This document shows positions 28,028-36,292 of a DNA stretch of 50,185 bases, piece by piece. The notes below the pieces were generated by a model, which was not told where the DNA came from, ran no database searches, and saw only the letters and a program-made list of their open reading frames with translations. Within the stretch, counting starts at the first letter, position 1; every line of letters starts with the position of its first letter. Made by a program: the position numbers and the translations under genes. Source of the DNA: an uncultured Nitrospinaceae bacterium (GTDB taxonomy: Bacteria > Nitrospinota > Nitrospinia > Nitrospinales > Nitrospinaceae); assembly GCA_965372625.1 (NCBI GenBank), contig CBDVDB010000001.1, positions 1 to 50,185 on the forward strand, read 5' to 3'.

Positions 28028-28789
28028 ATGCAAATACTATTAACCGCTTTGCTGATAGCGATATTCCTTACAGCCCCCGCTGCGGCTGAACAGGAGTCGA
28101 CCCGCTCTTCCATTGGAGAGGATGTCGGGCGGGATATGGTCCTGATCTCTGCGGGTAAATTCCAAAGAGGTTGTGATGCCTTGGGCCCCGAGCATGGAGC
28201 GCCGGCGCATCCGGTCTACCTGGAATCGTTTATGGTCGATATTTACGAAGTGACCAATGAACGGTTGGAAAAGATCATGCCCGATCATAAATTCAGACGG
28301 AGTATGTCCTCCCACTGCGATCAATGTCCGGTGACTAAAATCACCTGGTACGAGGCGGCGGATTACTGTCATCTCATCGGAAAAGCCCTGCCCAGCGAGG
28401 CGCAGTGGGAAAAGGCCGCCGGGGCCGCCAGCGGGTGTGAATTTTCCTGGGGACCGGACTTCGACCCGGCAAAAAAGCAGGCTCGCGGCGGCCTGAAATT
28501 GATAGATAAAACCAGCCCGGTCGGAAGTTATCCACCCAATAAATTGGGAATCCATGATATGGCGGGCAATGTCTGGGAATGGGTGGCGGACTGGTATTCA
28601 CCCCAGTATTATTTTTTGGAGCCCCTTTATAATCCCAGAGGGCCTTCCCGGGGAGTGATGAAGGTCCGGCGGGGCGGCGCCTGGTCGGACAGCGTCAAAG
28701 CGATGAAAGCCGGGTACCGGGACTGGAGTTATCCCTTTTCCAGAAGTTACAGCGATATCGGTTTCCGCTGTGTCATCAATCTCAAATAA
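28028..28789 (+). CDS. Exported FGE-sulfatase (SUMF1/formylglycine-generating enzyme) domain protein
   Basis: 253 aa with signal peptide MQILLTALLIAIFLTAPAAA. FGE-fold motifs are present: MVLISAGKFQRG, YEVTN, ITWYEAADYC, LPSEAQWEKAA, GNVWEWVADWY, RGGAW and GFRCV. Confidence 0.8.
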   Translation: MQILLTALLIAIFLTAPAAAEQESTRSSIGEDVGRDMVLISAGKFQRGCDALGPEHGAPAHPVYLESFMVDIYEVTNERLEKIMPDHKFRRSMSSHCDQCPVTKITWYEAADYCHLIGKALPSEAQWEKAAGAASGCEFSWGPDFDPAKKQARGGLKLIDKTSPVGSYPPNKLGIHDMAGNVWEWVADWYSPQYYFLEPLYNPRGPSRGVMKVRRGGAWSDSVKAMKAGYRDWSYPFSRSYSDIGFRCVINLK

Positions 28790-28791
28790 TC

Positions 28792-29523
28792 ATGATCACA
28801 CCTACCAAAATGGAATACATCAACCGCCTGGTGGCGGAGTGCCTCTCGGAGGAGGGTGACTCGCTGGAGATGCAAGGCCGGTTTATCGGGGACGAGGGTC
28901 TGGAAGCCCTCATGCAAGGGGACCAGCTGGAGGAGATCGAAAACCTCGACCTCTCTAAAAATAATATCACCTATCGGGGCATACCGCATCTGGTCAACTC
29001 CAGCCGGTTGGTCAAGCTCAAGCGGCTTTACCTGGGAGAAAACACGCTGGCCGACAAGGGAGCCGTGCCGTTAGCGCAGGCGCCTTTTATCCCCAACCTG
29101 GTGCATCTGGATATCCGGTACAATCAAATCGGGCCGGAGGGCGGGTTGGCGCTGGCGCAGGGACCCTTCAAAAAAATTCAGGTTTTCATCGTACAGGACA
29201 ATCCGATCGGCGATGAAGCGCTGAAAACCATGGCGAAGAATCCCGGTTTCATGCACGTCCGAAAACTCAACGTGTACCGGACGCAAATCACCGATACCGG
29301 GATCAAGACGCTGGCCAAGTCCAAAGTGTTTAAAAAACTGAAACATCTGAACCTGGCCCGTAATATCCTGCGCGTGGATGCGGCACTGGCGCTGGCCAAA
29401 ACTAAAACGCTGCTAAATATAGAAACCCTGTTGATGTTTGATACCTTCATCGGCGAACAGGGGGTGGACGCCCTGCTGAAATCCGAAAGCCTCTCCAAAC
29501 TCAAAACCCTCCGGCTGACGTAA
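28792..29523 (+). CDS. Cytoplasmic leucine-rich-repeat protein (RNI-like, about 27-residue units)
   Basis: 243 aa with no signal peptide. About eight consecutive units of the type IGDEGxxALxxxxxLxxLxxLxLxxNx begin at residue 32. The ATG is 2 nt after the FGE gene's stop codon. Confidence 0.8.
   Translation: MITPTKMEYINRLVAECLSEEGDSLEMQGRFIGDEGLEALMQGDQLEEIENLDLSKNNITYRGIPHLVNSSRLVKLKRLYLGENTLADKGAVPLAQAPFIPNLVHLDIRYNQIGPEGGLALAQGPFKKIQVFIVQDNPIGDEALKTMAKNPGFMHVRKLNVYRTQITDTGIKTLAKSKVFKKLKHLNLARNILRVDAALALAKTKTLLNIETLLMFDTFIGEQGVDALLKSESLSKLKTLRLT
28885..29520 (+). repeat. In-frame tandem 81-nt (27-codon) LRR-coding units
   Basis: The translation shows periodic IGDEG/ITYRG/LADKG/IGPEG/IGDEA/ITDTG/IGEQG unit starts. 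The periodicity also produces the long spurious antisense ORFs here. Confidence 0.7.
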
Positions 29524-29537
29524 AGAATTTGGAATAT

Positions 29538-31106
29538 TCATTTGGTTGAAGTCAATTCCAATAGAATAGCGGTTCCCGGAAGATAGGATTCAATCCGGGA
29601 TTGGGCCTTATCCTTCAGGAACCCCTCTAAAAACTCAAGAGCGGCGCCGCCGCCTGTCGACACAAAAAAGTTGGAGGAAAAGTAATTGAACAGGGTATAG
29701 ATATCGTCAACATTGAAATCGATGGACAGCAAATCCGGATTGACCGGCCGGTTCAGTTGCCGGGCCACCTGTTTCCGGATCAGGTTTTTAAATGCCTCAA
29801 AATCGATTTTATTCAGAATGGCCGCAGAGTCGCCTCCGCCAATGACAATGGAAAGATCTTCCTGTGCCAGGGCGGCGGCGAATAGCATTTGGGCCATTTT
29901 AATCGAACCCTCTGCATAATGATCGCAATTGGGATGATCATAGGCCCCCAAGGGGCCATTCCAGAAAATTTGCTTGATTTGGCCTTTTTGCAGAATATTC
30001 CTCGAAAAATTAACGATTGTTTTCGGTCCCAGGTCCAATTGGAAATCCTGTGAGAAATCAGGCTCCGCTTGGATGGTATAGTCCGTCTCGAAATAATCCT
30101 TGGTGATCTTATAATCGTCAGGGAAAATGATAGTGACGTTTTTTGCCTGCGCCAATTCAAGGATTTCGTGCGCGAGTTTGATTTCATTCAGTAAATCATT
30201 GCATTCCTCCTCACATTTGGACTCATACATTTTGGTGGGGAGGTGCTCCAGGGTCAGCGAATCCATGACCTTTTTCAGCTTGCGGGCCAGCAGGAAAGCA
30301 TTGACCATCCGGCCGCCGATAAAGATTAACTTGATTTTTGACTCCACAAACTGCTTTAATATACTGATTTTATCTGCAATCTTGGCTCCCCCGGCGATAA
30401 CCGCAGTTTGCTCCGGGTGGTCGAGCACACGCTTCCCGAATTGAGCCAATTGTGTGATTTCCTCATGAAGCAGGGTTCCCGCAACGGCCAGCTTACCTGC
30501 CTTACGCATGATTTGAGGGAGCAACTTGATACTCTTGGTTACCCGATGACTGCACCCAAAAGCGCAATTGATGAAGACATCAGATACTTTCCCCAACTCC
30601 TCAATAAATTCCTGACGGTAGGTGTCCAGGTTGCTGGGTTCGAGCAGGTACCTGAGGTTGGGCAAAAATTTGATGCCGCCCGTGGGAAGCTGATTGTTGA
30701 AACAGATTTCCAGGGAATTCTTTAAATGGGAGTCGGTAATTTCCGGCGGAAAAATAGTATAAGTATCGCCGTACAGTTTCCGGATTAATGTGTCAAAATG
30801 AGAACAGACAAATTGGATGTTGAAAATCCCATCCCATCCATGACGATCCAGTTTTTTGTGAGGACGGCCTAAATGGGAACCGATAATAATCCTGCAATTA
30901 CCATCGGTCAGTTCATGAATTTTTTTAAAAGTCAAATCCAGGAAGCGGCGTATGCGGGTATCGTCGCCGACACGATAACCCTTGGGGGTGGAAACCAGAG
31001 GGACATTGAAATCAACACGAATGAATATCGTTTTATTAGTTAAGTCCTCTGGATGCAAATCATCCAGAAGGGGCATTTTAAATTGATTCTCCGATATCGC
31101 ATCCAT
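29538..31106 (-). CDS. pgk: Phosphoglycerate kinase, unusually long and divergent (522 aa)
   Basis: The PGK signature blocks are present in order: IFIRVDFNVP, DDTRIRR, GSHLGRP, LPNLRY, AFGCSHR, IAGGAKIADK, DLGPKT, WNGPLGAYD, IGGGDSAA and STGGGAALEFLEG. Several 15-40-residue insertions lie between the blocks, and both termini are extended. Confidence 0.8.
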   Translation of the reverse strand: MDAISENQFKMPLLDDLHPEDLTNKTIFIRVDFNVPLVSTPKGYRVGDDTRIRRFLDLTFKKIHELTDGNCRIIIGSHLGRPHKKLDRHGWDGIFNIQFVCSHFDTLIRKLYGDTYTIFPPEITDSHLKNSLEICFNNQLPTGGIKFLPNLRYLLEPSNLDTYRQEFIEELGKVSDVFINCAFGCSHRVTKSIKLLPQIMRKAGKLAVAGTLLHEEITQLAQFGKRVLDHPEQTAVIAGGAKIADKISILKQFVESKIKLIFIGGRMVNAFLLARKLKKVMDSLTLEHLPTKMYESKCEEECNDLLNEIKLAHEILELAQAKNVTIIFPDDYKITKDYFETDYTIQAEPDFSQDFQLDLGPKTIVNFSRNILQKGQIKQIFWNGPLGAYDHPNCDHYAEGSIKMAQMLFAAALAQEDLSIVIGGGDSAAILNKIDFEAFKNLIRKQVARQLNRPVNPDLLSIDFNVDDIYTLFNYFSSNFFVSTGGGAALEFLEGFLKDKAQSRIESYLPGTAILLELTSTK

Positions 31107-31322
31107 TCGTTATAAATTTAATAAAAATAATAGGTTATATAATAAATGTTAATCCTGAGTGTTAACCGAAAAGAATAAAGCCCATTTCCAAATAGACTTT
31201 CGTACCTAAAATAACACGACTGGCCGGTTTTTGAAATATTTAAAGTTTTGATTTATCTTAACAATCGGCTGAAATGGGCGGCAATTGCCAAAATCAGGCG
31301 ATTGAGAAAGGCCAAATATAAA

Positions 31323-33257
31323 ATGTCAAAAATAAACAAGAAAATGCTGATCAACGTGGATCAGCCGGAAGAATGCCGTGCCGTGGTGATTGAAAATGGC
31401 AAGCTGGCAGAGATTATTGTCGAACACTCCTCCCAGGAGTTGGTCAAGGGCAATATTTATCTGGGGGTCCTCAGCCGGGTAGAACCCGCCATCGAAGCGG
31501 CTTTTGTCGATTTTGGTGGCAAGAAGTATGGCTTTCTTCCCTTCAAAGACGTGCTGCCGGAATCCTACTTGCAGACCGGTGAGAGAAAAGCCCGGACCCG
31601 GATTCAGGATGTCATGGTGCGCGGTCAAAAGCTGCTGGTACAGGTAGTCAAGGAAAGCCGCGACGCCAAAGGACCTTCGCTGACCAATGCCGTGACCCTG
31701 CCAGGCCGCTTTCTGGTGCTGATGGTTTCCAGCGACTCCAGCGGAATATCCCGCAAGATTGAAGACGAGTCGGAGCGCAAAAAAATAAAACAGATCGTGT
31801 CCGATCTGGGAGTTCCCCCCAGCATGGGCGTGATCATTCGAACCGCCGGTCTGGGGCGGACCAAGACAGAACTCCAGAAGGATATTCAGGCTCTTCTCAG
31901 TATCTGGGAAAACATCGAAAAGAGGGTCAGTACCTCGGAAGCCAAGGCGCCCTGCCTCTTGTACGAGGGACCGGATATGGTGGTGCGTACCGTCCGCGAC
32001 CATTTCACAAATGATACTTCTGAGATCCTGGTCGACGATCCGGAATCTTTTAAGGCCCTGAATGATTTTATGAAAATGGTAATGCCTCGAATGCGGAACC
32101 GGGTGAAACTCTATACGGATACCAAACCTATTTTTTCGCAGTTCAATGTCGAGGAACAAATCGAAAGCATTTACAAGCGGCGGGTTGAATTACCTTCTGG
32201 CGGGTCTATTGTGATCGATGTGGGGGAGGCGATGGTTTCCGTCGATGTGAATTCCGGAAGGACCACCGGTGCCAGCGCTCTGGAGGAAACGGCGGTGAAG
32301 ACCAACCTGGAAGCGGCTGATGAAATTGCCCGGCAACTGCGTCTGCGGGATCTGGGAGGGTTGATCGTAATCGATTTTATCGACATGTTTCAAAAGAAAA
32401 ATAAAGCCCTGTTGGAAAAACAGATGAAACAGGTATGTAAGCTGGATAAGGCCCGGATCAATCTTTCAAGATTATCGCGGTTCGGCCTGCTGGAAATGTC
32501 GCGGCAACGTCTAGCCCCCCCTGTCAAGGAGGGATTCTTTATGGATTGCCAGAATTGTAGAGGAACCGGGCATGTTAAAACCGACAGCTCCGCGACTTTA
32601 AGTGTGATACGCAAGATTCAGGAGCATCTGGCCACTGGAAATGTGAAATTACTACAGGTTAAGCTTTCCACGCAGGTCGCAAATTATCTTTTAAATAATA
32701 AGATGAAGAGCCTGGTCGAACTGGAAGAGAAGAATGGAGTGGATATTCAGTTTGAGAGCAAGGATGATCTCTCCTATGAAAATTTCACGTATACCGTTGT
32801 CGAACGTAAAAAAGACGAAGATAAGGTCATCGAGCAGAAATCCCGGATACAAAGGGATTCCCAGGCAACCAGCGAAACGTCTGAAGAAGACAAAGGGGTA
32901 AAACGGGTGCGGGGCCGCCGACCCTCCTCGGGCCGGGGGCGGGGGCGGAGAACCACCTCTCCTCGCCGGCCGGGAGGTAAAAGACCCACGCGTAACACAA
33001 GAAACAAGCCCCGGAAGTCAAAGACTAAAGAAAGTTCTGCAACGGAGAATGGCAGCTCTGCGGGAAGCGATGCTCCCAATGAAGAAAAAACCGCTCAAGC
33101 AAAAGGTCCCAAGGTTACAACCCCTGCTCCGTCACCTGCCGCGAAGCCGGATATCGATGTCGGCGAAGATCGGCAACCCATGGAAAATGTATCCCGGTTA
33201 CATGAGGTGATCGTTAAAGAACCGTCGCGATCCAATCCCGGTTCGTCTGAGGAATAA
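31323..33257 (+). CDS. rne: Ribonuclease E/G family endoribonuclease with Arg/Lys-rich C-terminal tail
   Basis: It has an S1 domain (GNIYLGVLSRVEPAIEAAFVDFG), the catalytic region (VVIDVGEAMVSVDVNSG, GGLIVIDFIDM) and the Zn-link CQNCRGTGH. The C-terminus is disordered and basic (RGRRPSSGRGRGRRTTSPRRPGGKRPTRNTRNKPRK). I prefer ATG 31323 (MSKINKKMLINV) over the TTG at 31248 in the track. Confidence 0.9.
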   Translation: MSKINKKMLINVDQPEECRAVVIENGKLAEIIVEHSSQELVKGNIYLGVLSRVEPAIEAAFVDFGGKKYGFLPFKDVLPESYLQTGERKARTRIQDVMVRGQKLLVQVVKESRDAKGPSLTNAVTLPGRFLVLMVSSDSSGISRKIEDESERKKIKQIVSDLGVPPSMGVIIRTAGLGRTKTELQKDIQALLSIWENIEKRVSTSEAKAPCLLYEGPDMVVRTVRDHFTNDTSEILVDDPESFKALNDFMKMVMPRMRNRVKLYTDTKPIFSQFNVEEQIESIYKRRVELPSGGSIVIDVGEAMVSVDVNSGRTTGASALEETAVKTNLEAADEIARQLRLRDLGGLIVIDFIDMFQKKNKALLEKQMKQVCKLDKARINLSRLSRFGLLEMSRQRLAPPVKEGFFMDCQNCRGTGHVKTDSSATLSVIRKIQEHLATGNVKLLQVKLSTQVANYLLNNKMKSLVELEEKNGVDIQFESKDDLSYENFTYTVVERKKDEDKVIEQKSRIQRDSQATSETSEEDKGVKRVRGRRPSSGRGRGRRTTSPRRPGGKRPTRNTRNKPRKSKTKESSATENGSSAGSDAPNEEKTAQAKGPKVTTPAPSPAAKPDIDVGEDRQPMENVSRLHEVIVKEPSRSNPGSSEE

Positions 33258-33279
33258 TCCCGGGTGGACTACTACAAAA

Positions 33280-34047
33280 TCAGGAAGCGGTTTTCGAGGG
33301 AAGGGGAACGGACCGGGCGCATCGAAATCCGGTATCCCATGATCTCATTTTAGGAGGGGCGAAATTCCGGTAGGGGAGCTGCGCGAATTCCTTCATAAAT
33401 CCATGCTCCCTTTTATTGATGGCCCCGCCCCGGATCACCTTGTATTTTTTTCCATAATTGGGATCCTGAAAAGTGGAATCCTGATAAGGGAGATACCAGC
33501 TGGAGGTCCATTCGGACACGTTGCCATTTAAATCGTATACGCTGAATTCGCTGATATCCTGCGGTTGTTTGGCTGAGGGTTGTACGGTTTTCCCGAAGTT
33601 GGCGTTTTCCCGTTTAAATTGGTTGCCCCAGACATACAGATTTCCCTTTACCCCGCGCGCGGCTTTTTCCCATTCAAACTCCGTCGGCAAACGTTTCCCC
33701 AACCACAAGCAATAGGCGTCCGCTTCAAACCAGGATATGCCTTGAATCGGGTTATTGAGCCGGCCTTCCGAATATTGGGCCTGAGGTTTGAATTGCAAAA
33801 ACTCCACGTAGCGAACCTCACGGATATCGATATAAAATGCGCTGAGTTGCATTTCCTGCCGGGGTTGCGCATTTTTGCCGGATGTCTGGTCCGATACGAA
33901 AGCAGGTATTTCGTCTGTGGGATCCAGGCCGAGGGTAAACTCACCCGCGGGTATTAAGACCATTTCCCGATCGGGTTGAGACGAGGGTTCAGTGCATGCG
34001 GCTAAGAAGAAACAGGCTGTTAGAAGGATGGCTATCCGCTGTTTCAA
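33280..34047 (-). CDS. FGE-sulfatase (SUMF1) domain lipoprotein
   Basis: 255 aa with a TTG start and the lipobox LAAC in MKQRIAILLTACFFLAAC. FGE-fold motifs are MVLIPAGEFTLG, ISWFEADAYC, LPTEFEWEKAA, GNVSEWTSSWY, RGGA and GFRCA. It overlaps the upstream gene's stop (TTGA). Confidence 0.8.
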   Translation of the reverse strand: MKQRIAILLTACFFLAACTEPSSQPDREMVLIPAGEFTLGLDPTDEIPAFVSDQTSGKNAQPRQEMQLSAFYIDIREVRYVEFLQFKPQAQYSEGRLNNPIQGISWFEADAYCLWLGKRLPTEFEWEKAARGVKGNLYVWGNQFKRENANFGKTVQPSAKQPQDISEFSVYDLNGNVSEWTSSWYLPYQDSTFQDPNYGKKYKVIRGGAINKREHGFMKEFAQLPYRNFAPPKMRSWDTGFRCARSVPLPSKTAS

Positions 34048-34751
34048 GGAGACACCTGGGCGGTTTTGGGAAGAGCGGGCTTCGGTTCGGGAAAGGTCTG
34101 CATCCCGGAAGGAATGTATTGATATTCCAGAGAGAGACAGGCCGCTTCATCCCGCGGGCACATAATGGTTTGGCATTCGCTTTCAAGCCGCCGGCAATAA
34201 TAATTTAAAATCTTCAGTTTCAGGTGACCGTCCCCGGTTTTAATCAAATAAACATTTCTTTTCGATTCGACATTATGAGTCCGGGTGCGATAAAGGTACC
34301 AATCGACCATGGAAGGATTGTTGACATTCCCCCAGGAACGAGTATCCGGCACGAAAGGGATTTCGGGAATATCCACCACTGAATTAAAATCCACCGGCCC
34401 CAGGTTGGCGATCGTCACTTTTCCCCGCGGATTGGTAACCCCGCCATTGGAAATGATCTTGGTTCGCTGGAAGCCCAGATCCCAGTCCTGCTGGTTCATC
34501 TGGTCTTTATCCTTTTCGGGATCTGATATTTGAAATTTGTTTTTCGTGGAGAAATCCACCAAAGTCCACTTTTCCTTGGACCGGGCATCGACTTTCAGCA
34601 CGGGATTGTCTGTTTTGAGGATTTTTTGAGGTATGGCGGGCAGGCGCCGGTTCTCGAAATCCGAAATATTGTCTCCCATATAATTCATGGCGACATTTAA
34701 AAAGAGGGTGCCGGCCAGCAACATGGCAAAAATTTTCAAGGTACTGTTCAT
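34044..34751 (-). CDS. Exported hypothetical protein, HmuY-like beta-sandwich family (tentative)
   Basis: 235 aa with an N-terminal signal/anchor (IFAMLLAGTLFLNVAM). The pattern KWTLVDFSTKNKF...DWDLGFQRTKIISNGGVTNPRG resembles the HmuY-family core. The C-terminus has four Cys (YYCRRLESECQTIMCPRDEAAC). The family call is from memory only. Confidence 0.45.
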   Translation of the reverse strand: MNSTLKIFAMLLAGTLFLNVAMNYMGDNISDFENRRLPAIPQKILKTDNPVLKVDARSKEKWTLVDFSTKNKFQISDPEKDKDQMNQQDWDLGFQRTKIISNGGVTNPRGKVTIANLGPVDFNSVVDIPEIPFVPDTRSWGNVNNPSMVDWYLYRTRTHNVESKRNVYLIKTGDGHLKLKILNYYCRRLESECQTIMCPRDEAACLSLEYQYIPSGMQTFPEPKPALPKTAQVSP

Positions 34752-34924
34752 GGTTTCATTTTATCAGAGGCGCCGCCGGTTTTCGAAAATTTTACCCTCG
34801 TAAAGGTCTAAAATCAGGGGCCTGGGATTCCCGGGCAACGGGAAGTTTAATCTTTTTTCCGCTACCGGGGTTGGCTATAATGATGGGGCCATGCATTATT
34901 TATCAATGAAATTACAGGCTGTCA

Positions 34925-35557
34925 ATGGTCAAAGATCGACATTTTGCATTTAAAAAGGCCCAGGTCGAGGGGTTTGTAAAGAAGGAGTTCCAGCGTTATT
35001 TCGGAAAAGGCGGAAGAATATCCATCCGGAAGCGACAGCGGTTTATGGAGCGCATCACTGAGAAAGTGGGCAAAAAATTCGGGAAGGATGTCCTGTGCCT
35101 GATTGATTTTACCCGGCAGGGTTTCGTCACCCTGGTTTCTCCCGCCCATACGGAATCGACTGATAAAGGCAGGCTATTCAATTCGTTCACCCATCCTCAA
35201 GTGGCCTACACCTCCCACTGTGTGGAGCGGTTCAGCGAGCGCACCGAAACGATGGACAACTGCATCATTACCCTGGATTCCTACATGGATGAAGCGTTAT
35301 TGACTTATGGCCTGCATAAAGGATATCTGGTATGCTCTCAGGGGTTGTTTGCTTTTGTGATAGAAGACGACCGGCTGGTCATTAAGACCTATATCAATTT
35401 TGAGCTTTTGTCGGATGATCAGATTCGCCAGTATTATACCCACGATATGGCTTCTTTTTTGACGCCGGATATGATTTCAGAGGATGTTATGGAGAGCGAC
35501 ATTATTTTAATGGATGAACTTCCTCCTCAGGGCCAGGACCCGAATGAGCGGTCATGA
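34925..35557 (+). CDS. Hypothetical protein (central region faintly DUF4258/toxin-like)
   Basis: 210 aa with a basic N-terminus. The central segment AYTSHCVERFSER...GLFAFVIEDDRLVIKTY resembles the HaxxRxxeR...viTvy pattern of DUF4258-type small nucleases. The tail is acidic. TATAAT (34876-34881) lies upstream. Confidence 0.5.
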   Translation: MVKDRHFAFKKAQVEGFVKKEFQRYFGKGGRISIRKRQRFMERITEKVGKKFGKDVLCLIDFTRQGFVTLVSPAHTESTDKGRLFNSFTHPQVAYTSHCVERFSERTETMDNCIITLDSYMDEALLTYGLHKGYLVCSQGLFAFVIEDDRLVIKTYINFELLSDDQIRQYYTHDMASFLTPDMISEDVMESDIILMDELPPQGQDPNERS

Positions 35558-35622
35558 GGGAGACGGTTTCCTCGAATATATAAATTGACCCATTCACCGA
35601 TTTCCTTACTCCCTGGATTGCA

Positions 35623-36288
35623 ATGATCCAGCTATACAACGTTTACAAATCCTACAATAACACCCCCGCATTGGTGGATATCTCTTTCATTATCAAGAAA
35701 GGCGCCTTTGTTTTCGTCACCGGTCCCAGTGGCGCCGGCAAGTCGACATTACTGGAACTGCTGTTCGGCTGGGAAACCTACGATAAGGGGCAGGTCCTGG
35801 TTAATGGCACCAATGTAGGCAAGCTCAAATACAACAGGCTCTGGCAGTTGCGGCGCCAGATTGGAGTGGTGTTTCAGGATTATAAACTGCTCCCCGGAAA
35901 AACCATTTTCGAAAATGTTGCCTTTACACTGGAAATTATCGAAGCCGAAAAAAAAACCATCCGCTACAAGGCCTGGGATGCCCTCAAGAATGTGGGGCTT
36001 TCACATAGAAAAGATGCGTACCCCATGGAGCTCTCCGGTGGCGAGCAACAACGGGTAGCGATCGCCCGGGCGCTGGTGAACTCTCCCGAAATTTTATTGG
36101 CCGATGAACCGACGGGAAACCTGGACCCGGAAATGGCCAGCGAAATCCTTCACCTGTTTGAAAAAGCCAATATCGAAGGCACCACGGTGGTTCTGGCGAC
36201 CCATAGCCAGAGAATTTTAAATGAAGGCAACCATGCCGTGATCACTTTGAAAAACGGTAAAATTGTGGACACACGAGTCGTTGTTTGA
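35623..36288 (+). CDS. ftsE: Cell-division ABC transporter ATP-binding protein FtsE
   Basis: 221 aa. It has Walker A GPSGAGKST, the signature LSGGEQQRVAIARAL and Walker B ILLADEPTGNLD. Confidence 0.93.
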   Translation: MIQLYNVYKSYNNTPALVDISFIIKKGAFVFVTGPSGAGKSTLLELLFGWETYDKGQVLVNGTNVGKLKYNRLWQLRRQIGVVFQDYKLLPGKTIFENVAFTLEIIEAEKKTIRYKAWDALKNVGLSHRKDAYPMELSGGEQQRVAIARALVNSPEILLADEPTGNLDPEMASEILHLFEKANIEGTTVVLATHSQRILNEGNHAVITLKNGKIVDTRVVV

Positions 36289-36292
36289 GCCC

